DNA of 64,000 nt from a bacterium. Its GTDB lineage: Bacteria > Patescibacteriota > Minisyncoccia > Phycocordibacterales > UBA5272. A program made the position numbers and the translations under genes. Positions within the stretch are counted from its first letter, which is position 1. Every line of letters begins with the position of its first letter. The stretch is from the NCBI GenBank assembly GCA_043771335.1, contig JAYVHM010000003.1, positions 29,268 through 93,267 on the forward strand, read 5' to 3'. The notes beneath the pieces were generated by a model, which did not search any database, was not told where the DNA came from, and saw only the letters and a list, made by a program, of their open reading frames with translations. Positions 1 through 8,606 of this stretch are shown here, one piece after another.

Positions 1-747
1 CATCTTGATATTATCGTAGATAGAATGAAGAGAGAGTTCAACGTTGAAGCAAATACAGGCAAGCCACAAGTTGCTTTCCGTGAGACCATACAAGGAGAAG
101 CAGAGGCAGAAGGTAAGCATGTGAAGCAGTCAGGAGGACGTGGTCAATTTGGACATGTTCGTATTAAAATCAAGCCAATAGATTACACTGTATTAGACGA
201 AGACTTGCCAAAGAATACAAAGAGATATGATCACTTTGAATTTATAAATAGCATTAAAGGTGGAGCAGTCCCTCAAGAGTTTATACCAGCAGTAGAAAAA
301 GGATTAAAAGAAGCATTAGACCGTGGTGTCCTAGCAGGATTTAAAATGGTTGACGTTTCTTGTGAGCTTTATGATGGATCATATCATGATGTGGACTCTT
401 CGGAAATCGCCTTCAAATTAGCAGCCAGTATGGCCCTAAAAGAAGCGGTATCAAGAGCGAAAGCAGCAATCTTAGAACCAATCATGAAAGTAGAAGTAGT
501 TACTCCAGACAAGTTCTATGGAGATGTGACAGGAAGTCTATCAAGTAAACGTGGACAGATAGAGGGTATGGATGATCGTGGTATGGATAAAGTTGTAAAA
601 GCAATGGTTCCATTATCAGAGATGTTCGGATACGCGACTAATCTGCGCTCTATGACTGAGGGACGTGCGACATTTACTATGGAATTTGGAAAGTATGATG
701 TAGTTCCTAATAATATAGCAAAGGAAATACAAGAATCTAGAAAATAA
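1..747 (+). CDS. fusA: Elongation factor G, C-terminal part (5' end cut by window edge)
   Basis: Frame 1 from nt 1 reads [13 protein letters not shown]..., the typical EF-G domain IV/V sequence ending ...[18 protein letters not shown]. Confidence 0.9.
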   Translation, partial: HLDIIVDRMKREFNVEANTGKPQVAFRETIQGEAEAEGKHVKQSGGRGQFGHVRIKIKPIDYTVLDEDLPKNTKRYDHFEFINSIKGGAVPQEFIPAVEKGLKEALDRGVLAGFKMVDVSCELYDGSYHDVDSSEIAFKLAASMALKEAVSRAKAAILEPIMKVEVVTPDKFYGDVTGSLSSKRGQIEGMDDRGMDKVVKAMVPLSEMFGYATNLRSMTEGRATFTMEFGKYDVVPNNIAKEIQESRK

Positions 748-785
748 TTTCTAAATAAACTAAAACAAATTTTAGAAAATACAAC

Positions 786-818
786 AAAAATACGCTTATA
801 AGTAAGCGTATTTTTGTT
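786..818 (+). terminator. Rho-independent terminator after fusA
   Basis: Hairpin aatacgcttataagtaagcgtatt followed by a T-run. Confidence 0.6.
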
Positions 819-887
819 GCATAGAATAAGTGAAAGCAAACTAATCGAATCATGTTATAATTATAGTATTAAAAACAAAATAAATAT

Positions 888-1313
888 ATGGAAATAATAA
901 TTAATTATTGGGCTTTATTAGGGGTTAGTGTACTTTCTTTTATTATAGGAGCGGTATGGTATTCGCCACTTATGTTTGGTAATATTTGGATGAAAATTAT
1001 GGGAGGGCGTGACAAATATACAAAAGAAGAAATGGAAAAATTGCAAAAAGAAATGACGAAGTTTTATTTTTTACAATTGCTTCTGACTTTTATTACAATG
1101 TTTGTCCTGTATATGAATGTGATTTGGCAAGCAAAAGATGCGGGCATGTATCTTGCTTTCTTTATGTGGCTGGGGTATGTAATGCCAACTCAAGTGGCTG
1201 GAGTTATATGGGGGAACACTGAAAAGAAATATTGGTGTAAACAAATATCCATAATGCTTGGCTGTCAGCTGGTTATTATGTTATTGGCGGGGTATATTTT
1301 TTCTAATTTATAG
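888..1313 (+). CDS. Small integral membrane protein (DUF1761-like)
   Basis: 141 aa, four hydrophobic segments, N-terminus IGAVWYSPLMFGNIWMKIMG. Preceded by TGTTATAAT at about 852-860. Confidence 0.5.
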   Translation: MEIIINYWALLGVSVLSFIIGAVWYSPLMFGNIWMKIMGGRDKYTKEEMEKLQKEMTKFYFLQLLLTFITMFVLYMNVIWQAKDAGMYLAFFMWLGYVMPTQVAGVIWGNTEKKYWCKQISIMLGCQLVIMLLAGYIFSNL

Positions 1314-1379
1314 TCTTTAGAACATAGATAATAAATAAAATAAAGATACACGCAATTACGTGTATCTTTATTTTATTTA

Positions 1380-1388
1380 TGATATAAT
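1380..1388 (+). promoter_or_regulatory. Extended -10 promoter (TGATATAAT) driving an ORF-less transcript
   Basis: TGATATAAT with no ORF longer than 10 aa downstream before a strong terminator. Confidence 0.4.
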
Positions 1389-1394
1389 ATTTAT

Positions 1395-1598
1395 GGGTAC
1401 ATATAACTTCATAATCTTATGTAAGCAGTACACTCGCCACCCAGATAATCCTGACGTTAAACTTTACATAAACAGTCTTGGGGATACTGGAAGCGTACAT
1501 TAAATTAGTCGGACACGTATAATTCGATACCTATGTTACGGCTTCGTCAGCCTAAGAGCTGATATAACTCAAGAGCACACATTTGTGCTCTTTTTTTT
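1395..1598 (+). ncRNA. Candidate structured small RNA (about 200 nt), unknown family
   Basis: Own promoter and own GC hairpin terminator (agagcacacatttgtgctc + T8 at 1572-1598). Nested helices include ctgacg/cgtcag, gaagcgta/tacggcttc, cagt/actg and gtat/atac. No coding potential. Confidence 0.3.
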
Positions 1599-1626
1599 AT
1601 TCATGCTATAATGTTAAAAATAACAT

Positions 1627-1923
1627 ATGAAATCACCAATAGGGCAATACAAAGTAAAATACAAAATCTTAAGTGAGTTAAGGAATGTTCCTGGTATCGG
1701 AAAAGTAATTTGTCATGACCTGTATGACATAAAGATACGTAGCATAGACGACCTTAAGAGGCTGCGCGCAGAAAAACTTTATGAGATGCATAATAAGTTT
1801 AGGGGGGAAGTTCAAGACAAATGCATGTTATATACTTTTAGGTGTGCGGTAGACTATGCTAATAAGAATGAAGTAGAAAGAAAAAATTATAAGAAAAATT
1901 GGTGGGATTTTAAAGATAAATAA
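1627..1923 (+). CDS. Helix-hairpin-helix DNA-binding domain protein
   Basis: LRNVPGIGKVICHDLYD is an HhH motif. Own promoter TGCTATAAT at 1604-1612 with TTGTGC at the -35 position. Confidence 0.45.
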   Translation: MKSPIGQYKVKYKILSELRNVPGIGKVICHDLYDIKIRSIDDLKRLRAEKLYEMHNKFRGEVQDKCMLYTFRCAVDYANKNEVERKNYKKNWWDFKDK

Positions 1924-1929
1924 AGTAAA

Positions 1930-1953
1930 AATAGGCGCCCGAAGGGCGCCTAT
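1930..1953. terminator. Bidirectional terminator between convergent genes
   Basis: aggcgcccgaagggcgcct hairpin flanked by A- and T-runs. Confidence 0.6.
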
Positions 1954-1955
1954 TT

Positions 1956-2507
1956 TTACTTTCTACTCTTATTATAAGCAAAGTAGCTGATTATAATAAA
2001 AGGCACAAATACACATATACTCATAAAAGGTATGGTCACAAATCCAAATACAGCACCTATCGGAGATTCACTACAGGCTATGCCTTCCGCATCACAAGGT
2101 AGTGATATCAGGTCATTTTTTACGTATTTAAGATAATGGTAATAATAATGACCACTAGCAATGTATAGACCAAAAGCTCCTATCGTAAGTATATAATAAT
2201 GTGCTAATTTATCCTTAATCAAGATACTAATAGCAGATATGATACCAATACTGTAAATAAGCATACGTTGTTGCCAACACAGAGGGCAGACAGGAGTGTT
2301 ATAGTATTCCTGATAAATTATAGCTCCAAATATACTAATTAGAAAAATAATAAAAATACTTTTCATAAAAACATTGTAATCAAGGCTAAGTATATTATTC
2401 TTTATTTTTTTGTTAGCAAAATAAAAAAACAAGACAAGTAAAGATAATATTAATAAAGTGAGACATCCCAGAGAGACGATTATTGAAAAGTTTTCTTGAG
2501 TTAACAT
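1956..2507 (-). CDS. Disulfide bond formation protein B-like membrane oxidoreductase (DsbB/BdbC family)
   Basis: Multi-TM protein with a CPLCWQQR motif (C-x-L-C-x-x-QR as in BdbC/DsbB) and a second Cys pair CDAEGIAC in a later loop. Confidence 0.55.
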   Translation of the reverse strand: MLTQENFSIIVSLGCLTLLILSLLVLFFYFANKKIKNNILSLDYNVFMKSIFIIFLISIFGAIIYQEYYNTPVCPLCWQQRMLIYSIGIISAISILIKDKLAHYYILTIGAFGLYIASGHYYYHYLKYVKNDLISLPCDAEGIACSESPIGAVFGFVTIPFMSICVFVPFIIISYFAYNKSRK

Positions 2508-2576
2508 GTTCTAATTATATCATGTTTTTTTAGACCCAGCTACTAATATTTACATTTATTTTAATGTTTTTCATGT

Positions 2577-2593
2577 AAAGTAAACTTTACTTT
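2577..2593. promoter_or_regulatory. Perfect 8-1-8 palindrome AAAGTAAAcTTTACTTT overlapping the -35 region of the XRE regulator promoter
   Basis: Exact inverted repeat. It lies 17 nt upstream of TATAAT (2609-2614) of the leaderless HTH gene, in the divergent region shared with the DsbB-like gene. Confidence 0.4.
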
Positions 2594-2620
2594 ATAAAAA
2601 GTGTATAGTATAATATTAAT

Positions 2621-2830
2621 ATGCAAGCAGAGCTAAAAAACAAAGTAAAAGATTTTAGAAATGAACTAGGGCTGACTCAAGAAGATCTTGCAGAAAAGAT
2701 TAGTGTTACTCGCCAGACAATTATCTCAATAGAGAAGGGCGTATATGCACCAAGTGTCACACTAGCTATTTTGTTATGTAAGACTTTGAAAAAAGAAGTG
2801 GAACAAGTTTTTAGTGTGAGCAAAAAATAA
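2621..2830 (+). CDS. XRE-family (Cro/C1-type) HTH transcriptional regulator
   Basis: 69 aa. LGLTQEDLAEKISVTRQTIISIEKG is the canonical XRE HTH. Confidence 0.8.
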   Translation: MQAELKNKVKDFRNELGLTQEDLAEKISVTRQTIISIEKGVYAPSVTLAILLCKTLKKEVEQVFSVSKK

Positions 2831-2862
2831 ATTAAAATCTATAATAAATATTAATAATAAAT

Positions 2863-3240
2863 ATGCAAAAAATAATAACAAATAAAGTAAAAATAAATAA
2901 CAACACAAAAGAATATATCTTAGGATTCTCAATATTAACCACTTTTGTAATTTACTATTTTGATTTACTGAAAGATGGAATGGTAATGAGTGGATTAATC
3001 GCAGTATTGGTAATGCTATACATCAGTGTATTATGGAATGAGAACGTGAATGATGAGCGTGATGAATATATCAGAAGTAAAGTAGATAGGTATTTATATA
3101 TTATAACTATGAGTTTATTTTTGATGGACATAATATATAAAACATTCTCACATCAGAGTTATATGAGTGAGATTATAATATTAACTATTTTAGCTTTATC
3201 TAAAATATTTTTATCAAAATTAGTTAAGAGCAATAATTAA
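2863..3240 (+). CDS. Hypothetical membrane protein
   Basis: 125 aa with 3-4 hydrophobic helices. Confidence 0.45.
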   Translation: MQKIITNKVKINNNTKEYILGFSILTTFVIYYFDLLKDGMVMSGLIAVLVMLYISVLWNENVNDERDEYIRSKVDRYLYIITMSLFLMDIIYKTFSHQSYMSEIIILTILALSKIFLSKLVKSNN

Positions 3241-3263
3241 GAATATAAAATAAGTATAAAAAT

Positions 3264-3722
3264 ATGCAAGAAGAAAATAAAACACAAGATAATAATAATC
3301 TACAAGGTAGTGTAGAAAAACCAAAATATAATATTACTTTTGCGCAGCCTCAAAAGTTTAACTTCAAAGATTTATTAAAAGTTTCTAGCATTCCAGTTTT
3401 TATCGCTTCACTCTGCTGTTTGTCGCCTATTATATTGTTATCATTAGGATTAGTCACGCTCAGTGCTGCCAGTGAGCTGGCTGATGTTTTTTATGGTACA
3501 TACAGGTGGATTTTTCGTGCTGTTGGTCTCGTCTCCCTGATCATTGCTTTTACTTTTTATCTGCGTAGAGCAGGAGTATGTACACTAGACGATGTCAAAA
3601 AAAGAAGAAATGAAATATTAAATAAGTTAGTCTTAACATTAATTGTTGGAGTCCTGAGCTATGTATTTTTCCTATACGTAGTAGTGCATTATATAGGAGT
3701 ATTTTTAAATGTTTGGAAATAA
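3264..3722 (+). CDS. Hypothetical membrane protein
   Basis: 152 aa, polar N-terminus then three hydrophobic helices. Confidence 0.45.
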   Translation: MQEENKTQDNNNLQGSVEKPKYNITFAQPQKFNFKDLLKVSSIPVFIASLCCLSPIILLSLGLVTLSAASELADVFYGTYRWIFRAVGLVSLIIAFTFYLRRAGVCTLDDVKKRRNEILNKLVLTLIVGVLSYVFFLYVVVHYIGVFLNVWK

Positions 3723-3741
3723 TTTATAAAGCAGAAAGTTA

Positions 3742-3775
3742 TACACATAACAAATGTAAAGAATACTTTACATTT
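3742..3775 (+). terminator. AT-rich palindrome aaatgtaaag-aata-ctttacattt plus T-run (terminator or operator)
   Basis: Perfect 10-bp inverted repeat followed by atttttttat. Confidence 0.4.
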
Positions 3776-3852
3776 ATTTTTTTATAGAGTATACTTTAAA
3801 TATGAGTGAAAGCTCTGTGTAAGTTTTTAAAAATTAACAGTTAAGTAAAAAT

Positions 3853-4254
3853 ATGAAATTAAATAAATTAGGAGCAGGTATTTTATTAGCAGGAATCATC
3901 ACTGGTTCATCTTTTGCTATGGAGATGATGGCAACAGGCACAATGATGAATCATGATGGGATGAAAGCAAGTGGCACCATGATGAAGCATTCTGATATGC
4001 TTATGGAAATAAAAGACACAATGGTAAAATGTTTAGATGAGAAAAAAGCAACAAGATTAGAAATTAAGAAATTTCAAAAAGAAAATGGTCTAGATCAGGC
4101 TGGGGTTATAGGTAAGAAAACAAAAGCTAAATTAGTAAAATTAGGATGTATAAAAGAGATGAAAACAGAGATGATGGATATGAAAAAAGACACAATGATG
4201 AAAAAAATGGATGACAAAATGATGAAGGCTTCTACGACTATGATGCATAATTAG
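3853..4254 (+). CDS. Secreted methionine-rich protein (about 20% Met) with GTMM(N/K)H(D/S)xM repeats and a central peptidoglycan-binding-like segment
   Basis: Signal peptide [22 protein letters not shown]. The mature part has at least 23 Met in about 111 aa ([52 protein letters not shown]). The segment [23 protein letters not shown] resembles a PG_binding_1 core. Confidence 0.6.
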   Translation: MKLNKLGAGILLAGIITGSSFAMEMMATGTMMNHDGMKASGTMMKHSDMLMEIKDTMVKCLDEKKATRLEIKKFQKENGLDQAGVIGKKTKAKLVKLGCIKEMKTEMMDMKKDTMMKKMDDKMMKASTTMMHN

Positions 4255-4266
4255 TTTTGATATATA

Positions 4267-4297
4267 AAGTAAATATCTATAAAGATATTTACTTTAT
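4267..4297 (+). promoter_or_regulatory. Hairpin aagtaaatatc-tataaa-gatatttactt immediately upstream of the msrAB ATG
   Basis: 11-bp inverted repeat ending 4 nt before the ATG at 4299. Weak terminator, attenuator or operator. Confidence 0.3.
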
Positions 4298-4298
4298 T

Positions 4299-5498
4299 AT
4301 GTTAAAAATAAACATAAAATATATATTATTAATAACATTATTTGGCTTTGGCTTTTTTGTATTATATAATACTTACAAGAGAGCTCACTCGCCACAATAT
4401 AAAAGAGAAATAAATATGCAAGAAGAAATAAATACAAAAATAAATAATGGAGAATATCAAAAGGTAGTTTTTGCTGGTGGGTGTTTTTGGTGCACTGAGT
4501 CAGAGTTCAACCATGCGACAGGTATTATATCTGCTGTGTCAGGTTACGCAGACAGTAGAAAAGAGAACCCGACTTATGAAGAAGTTAGTAGTGAAAAAGT
4601 TAAAGCTCGTGAAGCAGTAGAGGTTATCTATGATCCTACAAAAATAACTTTTGAAAATCTACTTCAGAAATATTGGACACACATCGATCCAGCTGATGAG
4701 GGTGGTCAATTTGGAGACAGAGGATATCAGTACACTTCTGCTATATATTACACTGCAGATGAGCAAAAGTCTTTGTCAGAAAAAAGTAAGAATAAAATAG
4801 AAGAAATTAAAAAAATAAAAGTAGCAACAGAAATATTGCCTTTTAATAATTTTTATCCAGCTGAAGAATATCATCAAGATTATAAAGACAAGAATCCTAT
4901 AAGGTATAATACCTACAGAGAAGGGTCAGGTAGAAATAGCTATATCAGACTTCATTGGCAAGATGGTAGCACTACGACAAAATCTATTTTTCTTGAAGAC
5001 AATATATTAAATATAAAGAATAAAAATGAAAACAAAAGAGAGATTAAAACTTGGCTTAATTTTGATTCAAAAATAAAAGAAGAAAAATTAAAAAACCTTA
5101 CACCTCTTCAATATGATGTAACACAAAAAGAGGGCACAGAAAAATCTTTTCAAAATGAATACGAAGCAAACAAAGAAGTTGGCATATACGTAGACATAGT
5201 AAGCGGAGAGCCACTCTTTCTGTCAAAAGATAAGTATGATAGTGGTACGGGCTGGCCAAGCTTTAGTTTGCCGATTAATGAATCAGCACTGACATTACAC
5301 ATTGATAATGGTATATTTACAAGCAGGACAGAAGTTAGGAGTAAGATAGCTGATTCACATCTGGGACATGTATTTGATGATGGGCCAAAAGATAGAGGAG
5401 GTAAGAGATACTGTATGAACTCAGCCAGTATGAGATTTATAAAGTTGATAGACATGGAAACAGAGGGATATTTGGAATATATAGAGCTTTTAAAATAA
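4299..5498 (+). CDS. msrAB: Membrane-anchored bifunctional peptide methionine sulfoxide reductase MsrA-MsrB
   Basis: N-terminal TM anchor ([23 protein letters not shown]). MsrA active site GGCFWCTE, then MsrB domain with [10 protein letters not shown] and RYCMNSAS. The track ORF begins at an upstream TTG; the first ATG is at 4299. Confidence 0.85.
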   Translation: MLKINIKYILLITLFGFGFFVLYNTYKRAHSPQYKREINMQEEINTKINNGEYQKVVFAGGCFWCTESEFNHATGIISAVSGYADSRKENPTYEEVSSEKVKAREAVEVIYDPTKITFENLLQKYWTHIDPADEGGQFGDRGYQYTSAIYYTADEQKSLSEKSKNKIEEIKKIKVATEILPFNNFYPAEEYHQDYKDKNPIRYNTYREGSGRNSYIRLHWQDGSTTTKSIFLEDNILNIKNKNENKREIKTWLNFDSKIKEEKLKNLTPLQYDVTQKEGTEKSFQNEYEANKEVGIYVDIVSGEPLFLSKDKYDSGTGWPSFSLPINESALTLHIDNGIFTSRTEVRSKIADSHLGHVFDDGPKDRGGKRYCMNSASMRFIKLIDMETEGYLEYIELLK

Positions 5499-5517
5499 AA
5501 AATACAAATACAAAACC

Positions 5518-5546
5518 TAAAAACACTCGCATAGCTGAGTGTTTTT
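5518..5546 (+). terminator. Terminator after msrAB overlapping the next promoter
   Basis: Hairpin aaaacactcgcatagctgagtgtttt. Its T-run runs into TGTTATAAT (5545-5553) for the next gene. Confidence 0.55.
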
Positions 5547-5584
5547 TGTTATAATATACAGATAATAATAATACGCTAAAAAAA

Positions 5585-6175
5585 ATGACAGAAAATACAA
5601 ATACAAATATATTAATAATTACCGCCCACCCGTCATCAACAGGATTTACACACAAAATAGCTGTTGCTTATAAGCAAGGAGCAGAGAAAAAAGGTTACAA
5701 AGTAGAGGTTTTAGATCTCTACAAAACAGATTTAAAGCAAGGGTATTTTTGTTTTGAATACGATGATCAGAATATTTGTGACAAAGAATTAGCTACAAGA
5801 AAAATAATGCAAGACAAGATAATGTTAGCTAATGAGATAGTTTTTGTGGCACCAATGTGGTGGGGGACAGTGCCAGCTATTATGAAGAATTGGATAGACA
5901 TGAATTTCACTTCACATTTTTCTCACAAATATGTAGATGGAAAATTAGTAAAGATGCTACATGAAAAATCAGCCAGAGTGTATATGACTAGTGACGCTCC
6001 AGCATTTGTGTATTGGTTTGCTTTCAATCCATATGCTAGAATATTTTCGTTTAATCTATTTGATTTTGTAGGTATGAAAAATAACGGGATAAAATTATTT
6101 GGTAATTTTAGAAAAAGAACAGAAGAAGAAAAAGAAAAGTATTTAGAGAGTATAAGAGAAGAGGCTTCTAAATAG
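5585..6175 (+). CDS. Flavodoxin-like fold NAD(P)H-dependent oxidoreductase
   Basis: ILIITAHPSSTGFTHKIAVAYKQGAEKKGYKVEVLDLYK matches the Flavodoxin_2 / NAD(P)H dehydrogenase (quinone) pattern. Confidence 0.6.
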   Translation: MTENTNTNILIITAHPSSTGFTHKIAVAYKQGAEKKGYKVEVLDLYKTDLKQGYFCFEYDDQNICDKELATRKIMQDKIMLANEIVFVAPMWWGTVPAIMKNWIDMNFTSHFSHKYVDGKLVKMLHEKSARVYMTSDAPAFVYWFAFNPYARIFSFNLFDFVGMKNNGIKLFGNFRKRTEEEKEKYLESIREEASK

Positions 6176-6187
6176 ATATTAAACATT

Positions 6188-6220
6188 AAAAATCACTCCT
6201 TAGGGAGTGATTTTTGTTTT
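6188..6220. terminator. Bidirectional terminator
   Basis: aaatcactccttagggagtgattt hairpin plus T-run between convergent genes. Confidence 0.6.
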
Positions 6221-6222
6221 CA

Positions 6223-7191
6223 CTACTTTGTGTGTAATGTCTTATATATATCTTCTACAGCACGCACAGCATCACCGCTGGCGATGTTATTTTGATGATA
6301 TAGTATATTGGTGCAGTCACCAGCGGCCCATACATTATTCATATCTTTTCCTTCAGTGTCTACACATTTTTGTGACCAAGGATTAATTTTCACTTTTCCA
6401 TATTCATCCAGAGTCACAACTTCCTTACACCAAGAAGTCGCAGGTATTTGTCCTATTTCTACAAAGACGCCACCAACTTCTAATTTTACCACTTCATTCC
6501 CAGTAGAATAACTAAGACCATTTAAGAACTTTTCGCCATGTATTTCTGTGGGTATTGCATTTGTTATTAATTTGAACTTTGTATTTGATTTTAACTTATC
6601 TATTGTTATCTGGTCCGCACGAGGCTCTGTGCGTGAGAGCAGGGTTACACTCTTACAATAAGCCAGTAGCTGAGCCGCTGATTCAAAGCCAGCATTGCCT
6701 CCACCGACAACAACAACATCCATATCAGTGTAGAATGGTCCATCACAAGTAGCACAGTATGTTAACCCCTTATGGTCATATTCTGCAGCACCAGCAACTT
6801 CTAATTTTCTTCTTATAGATCCTGTTACAACGAGTAACCCTTTTCCTGTAAACACTTCACCATTTTCTAATTTAATTTTTGTAACTTCTTCATCATTCTC
6901 TACTCTTATTTTCTCGGCGCTTATAACATTGTTACCTGTTTTTATCGTTAGGAACTCACCAGCGTATTCCTCAGTGTGAGTTTTAAAACTCTTAGCCAGG
7001 TCAGCACCACTGATGTGTGGAGTTCCTATCCAGTTTTGTATATCATCTGAGACTACGCTTTGTCCTCCCCATTCTTTTAATACGAGCAGTGTCTTTAGTC
7101 TTTTTCTGGCTGCGTATACGCTAGCACTGGCTCCTGCTGGCCCACCACCAACTATTATTAGGTCGTATATATTTTGTGTATTTTCTTGCAT
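6223..7191 (-). CDS. trxB: Thioredoxin-disulfide reductase
   Basis: FAD motif DLIIVGGGPAGASASVYAARK, redox-active CATCDG, second Rossmann VVVVGGGNAGFESA. Length 322 aa. Confidence 0.85.
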   Translation of the reverse strand: MQENTQNIYDLIIVGGGPAGASASVYAARKRLKTLLVLKEWGGQSVVSDDIQNWIGTPHISGADLAKSFKTHTEEYAGEFLTIKTGNNVISAEKIRVENDEEVTKIKLENGEVFTGKGLLVVTGSIRRKLEVAGAAEYDHKGLTYCATCDGPFYTDMDVVVVGGGNAGFESAAQLLAYCKSVTLLSRTEPRADQITIDKLKSNTKFKLITNAIPTEIHGEKFLNGLSYSTGNEVVKLEVGGVFVEIGQIPATSWCKEVVTLDEYGKVKINPWSQKCVDTEGKDMNNVWAAGDCTNILYHQNNIASGDAVRAVEDIYKTLHTK

Positions 7192-7212
7192 ATTTTTATT
7201 ATGTATATTATA

Positions 7213-7242
7213 ACAAAAATCACTCGTGATTACGAGTGATTT
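7213..7242 (-). terminator. Terminator downstream of ftsZ
   Basis: aaatcactcgtaatcacgagtgattt hairpin on the minus strand followed by a T-run. Confidence 0.55.
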
Positions 7243-7262
7243 TGATTGTATTTTTAAAAGTA

Positions 7263-8528
7263 TTACTTCTTTTTATTCCTCATAAGGAATGGTGGAAGTG
7301 ATCCCCAGTCATCATCTTCATCTTCATCAACCGTTGCAGCTTTTGTTTTTTTATCTTCTACATAATTTGCGACTTTCTCATCTTTTTCATTCGTAGCTAA
7401 TGCAGAACTTTCTTCTACTTCATGTTCTATTCTTTTTGATTCTTCAGTTTTTCTTAGACTAAAAAGTTTTGCAGGTTTTTCTTCTTCCACTTCTGCTTCT
7501 CTTTCGCCCATTCTTCTTATCGTTTCTTCTTTCGCATAAGCACTTCCAGCTTCACGATTAGACCTTAGTGAAGAGGGGAAGCCTGTTGCTATTACAGTTA
7601 CTTTTATTTCATCTTTTTTAAGAGTGTCATCATTGTAAATACCGTAAATTATCTTAGCTTCATCACTTACTGATTCTGTGATTATGCGACTAGCATCAGC
7701 TGTCTCGAGCAATGTTAAGTCTTCATTACCGAATATAACGTATAAGAGACCTGTCGCGTTATTAATAGAAACATCTAATAGAGGATTAGATATTGCAGCA
7801 TTAGCGGCATCTATGGCACGATTCTCACCAGCAGCCTTACCCATACCAAATAATGCAGTTCCAGAATCTTTTAATATTCTACGTATGTCGTTAAAGTCTA
7901 GATTCATCTTTCCAGAAAATCTAATAATTTCTGAGATTCCTTCTACTGCTTGTTTTAGTATTTCGTCACACATAGCAAAAGCTTGGGTAACTGTAGTGTT
8001 TTTGTCAACAACAGATAATACGCGATCGTTTGGAATCGTGATTAATGCATCTACTTCTGCTTCTAATTCAGCTAATCCTTTTTCAGCTAATTTCATTCTC
8101 TGAGCTCCTTCAAAAAAGAATGGCTTTGTAGCAACAGCAACTGTTAATATGCCTTCATTTTTACAAATAGCAGCAACAACAGGAGCAGCTCCGGTAAATG
8201 TTCCACCACCACAACCTCCTACTATAAATACCATATCAGCACCTTTTATGGCTTCCATTATTTCTTCTCTTGTTTCTTCGGCAGAACGCTTACCAACTTC
8301 TGGGTCCATACCAGCCCCAAGACCACGAGTAAGATTTTTACCAATGTGTATTTTTTTCTCAGCCAGACAGTTGTGCAGGTCCTGAGTGTCAGTGTTAATA
8401 GCGATGTAGTCAACACCTTTTAATTTTGCTTCTATGATGTGGTTCAAAGCATTTTTTCCAGAACCACCGATACCGATTACTTTTATATTTGCTGCGGTTT
8501 CTACAGACAGGTTGTTTATTTTGGCCAT
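7263..8528 (-). CDS. ftsZ: Cell division protein FtsZ
   Basis: IKVIGIGGSGKNALNHI and tubulin-like GGGTFTG signature. Acidic/basic C-terminal tail. Confidence 0.9.
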   Translation of the reverse strand: MAKINNLSVETAANIKVIGIGGSGKNALNHIIEAKLKGVDYIAINTDTQDLHNCLAEKKIHIGKNLTRGLGAGMDPEVGKRSAEETREEIMEAIKGADMVFIVGGCGGGTFTGAAPVVAAICKNEGILTVAVATKPFFFEGAQRMKLAEKGLAELEAEVDALITIPNDRVLSVVDKNTTVTQAFAMCDEILKQAVEGISEIIRFSGKMNLDFNDIRRILKDSGTALFGMGKAAGENRAIDAANAAISNPLLDVSINNATGLLYVIFGNEDLTLLETADASRIITESVSDEAKIIYGIYNDDTLKKDEIKVTVIATGFPSSLRSNREAGSAYAKEETIRRMGEREAEVEEEKPAKLFSLRKTEESKRIEHEVEESSALATNEKDEKVANYVEDKKTKAATVDEDEDDDWGSLPPFLMRNKKK

Positions 8529-8606
8529 AAGTTTCTATATATTTTTTTAACTATATACATTATAGCAAATTATCTATATAAAATAAAAGATTGACTTTGT
8601 CTGTCT

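Noticed and set aside
4257-4298. Upstream TTG-initiated extension of msrAB and similar TTG/GTG extensions of ybeY and other track ORFs
   Set aside because: The ORF track translates the first alternative start as M. In-frame ATGs with a plausible promoter context exist downstream, so the extensions are probably not translated.
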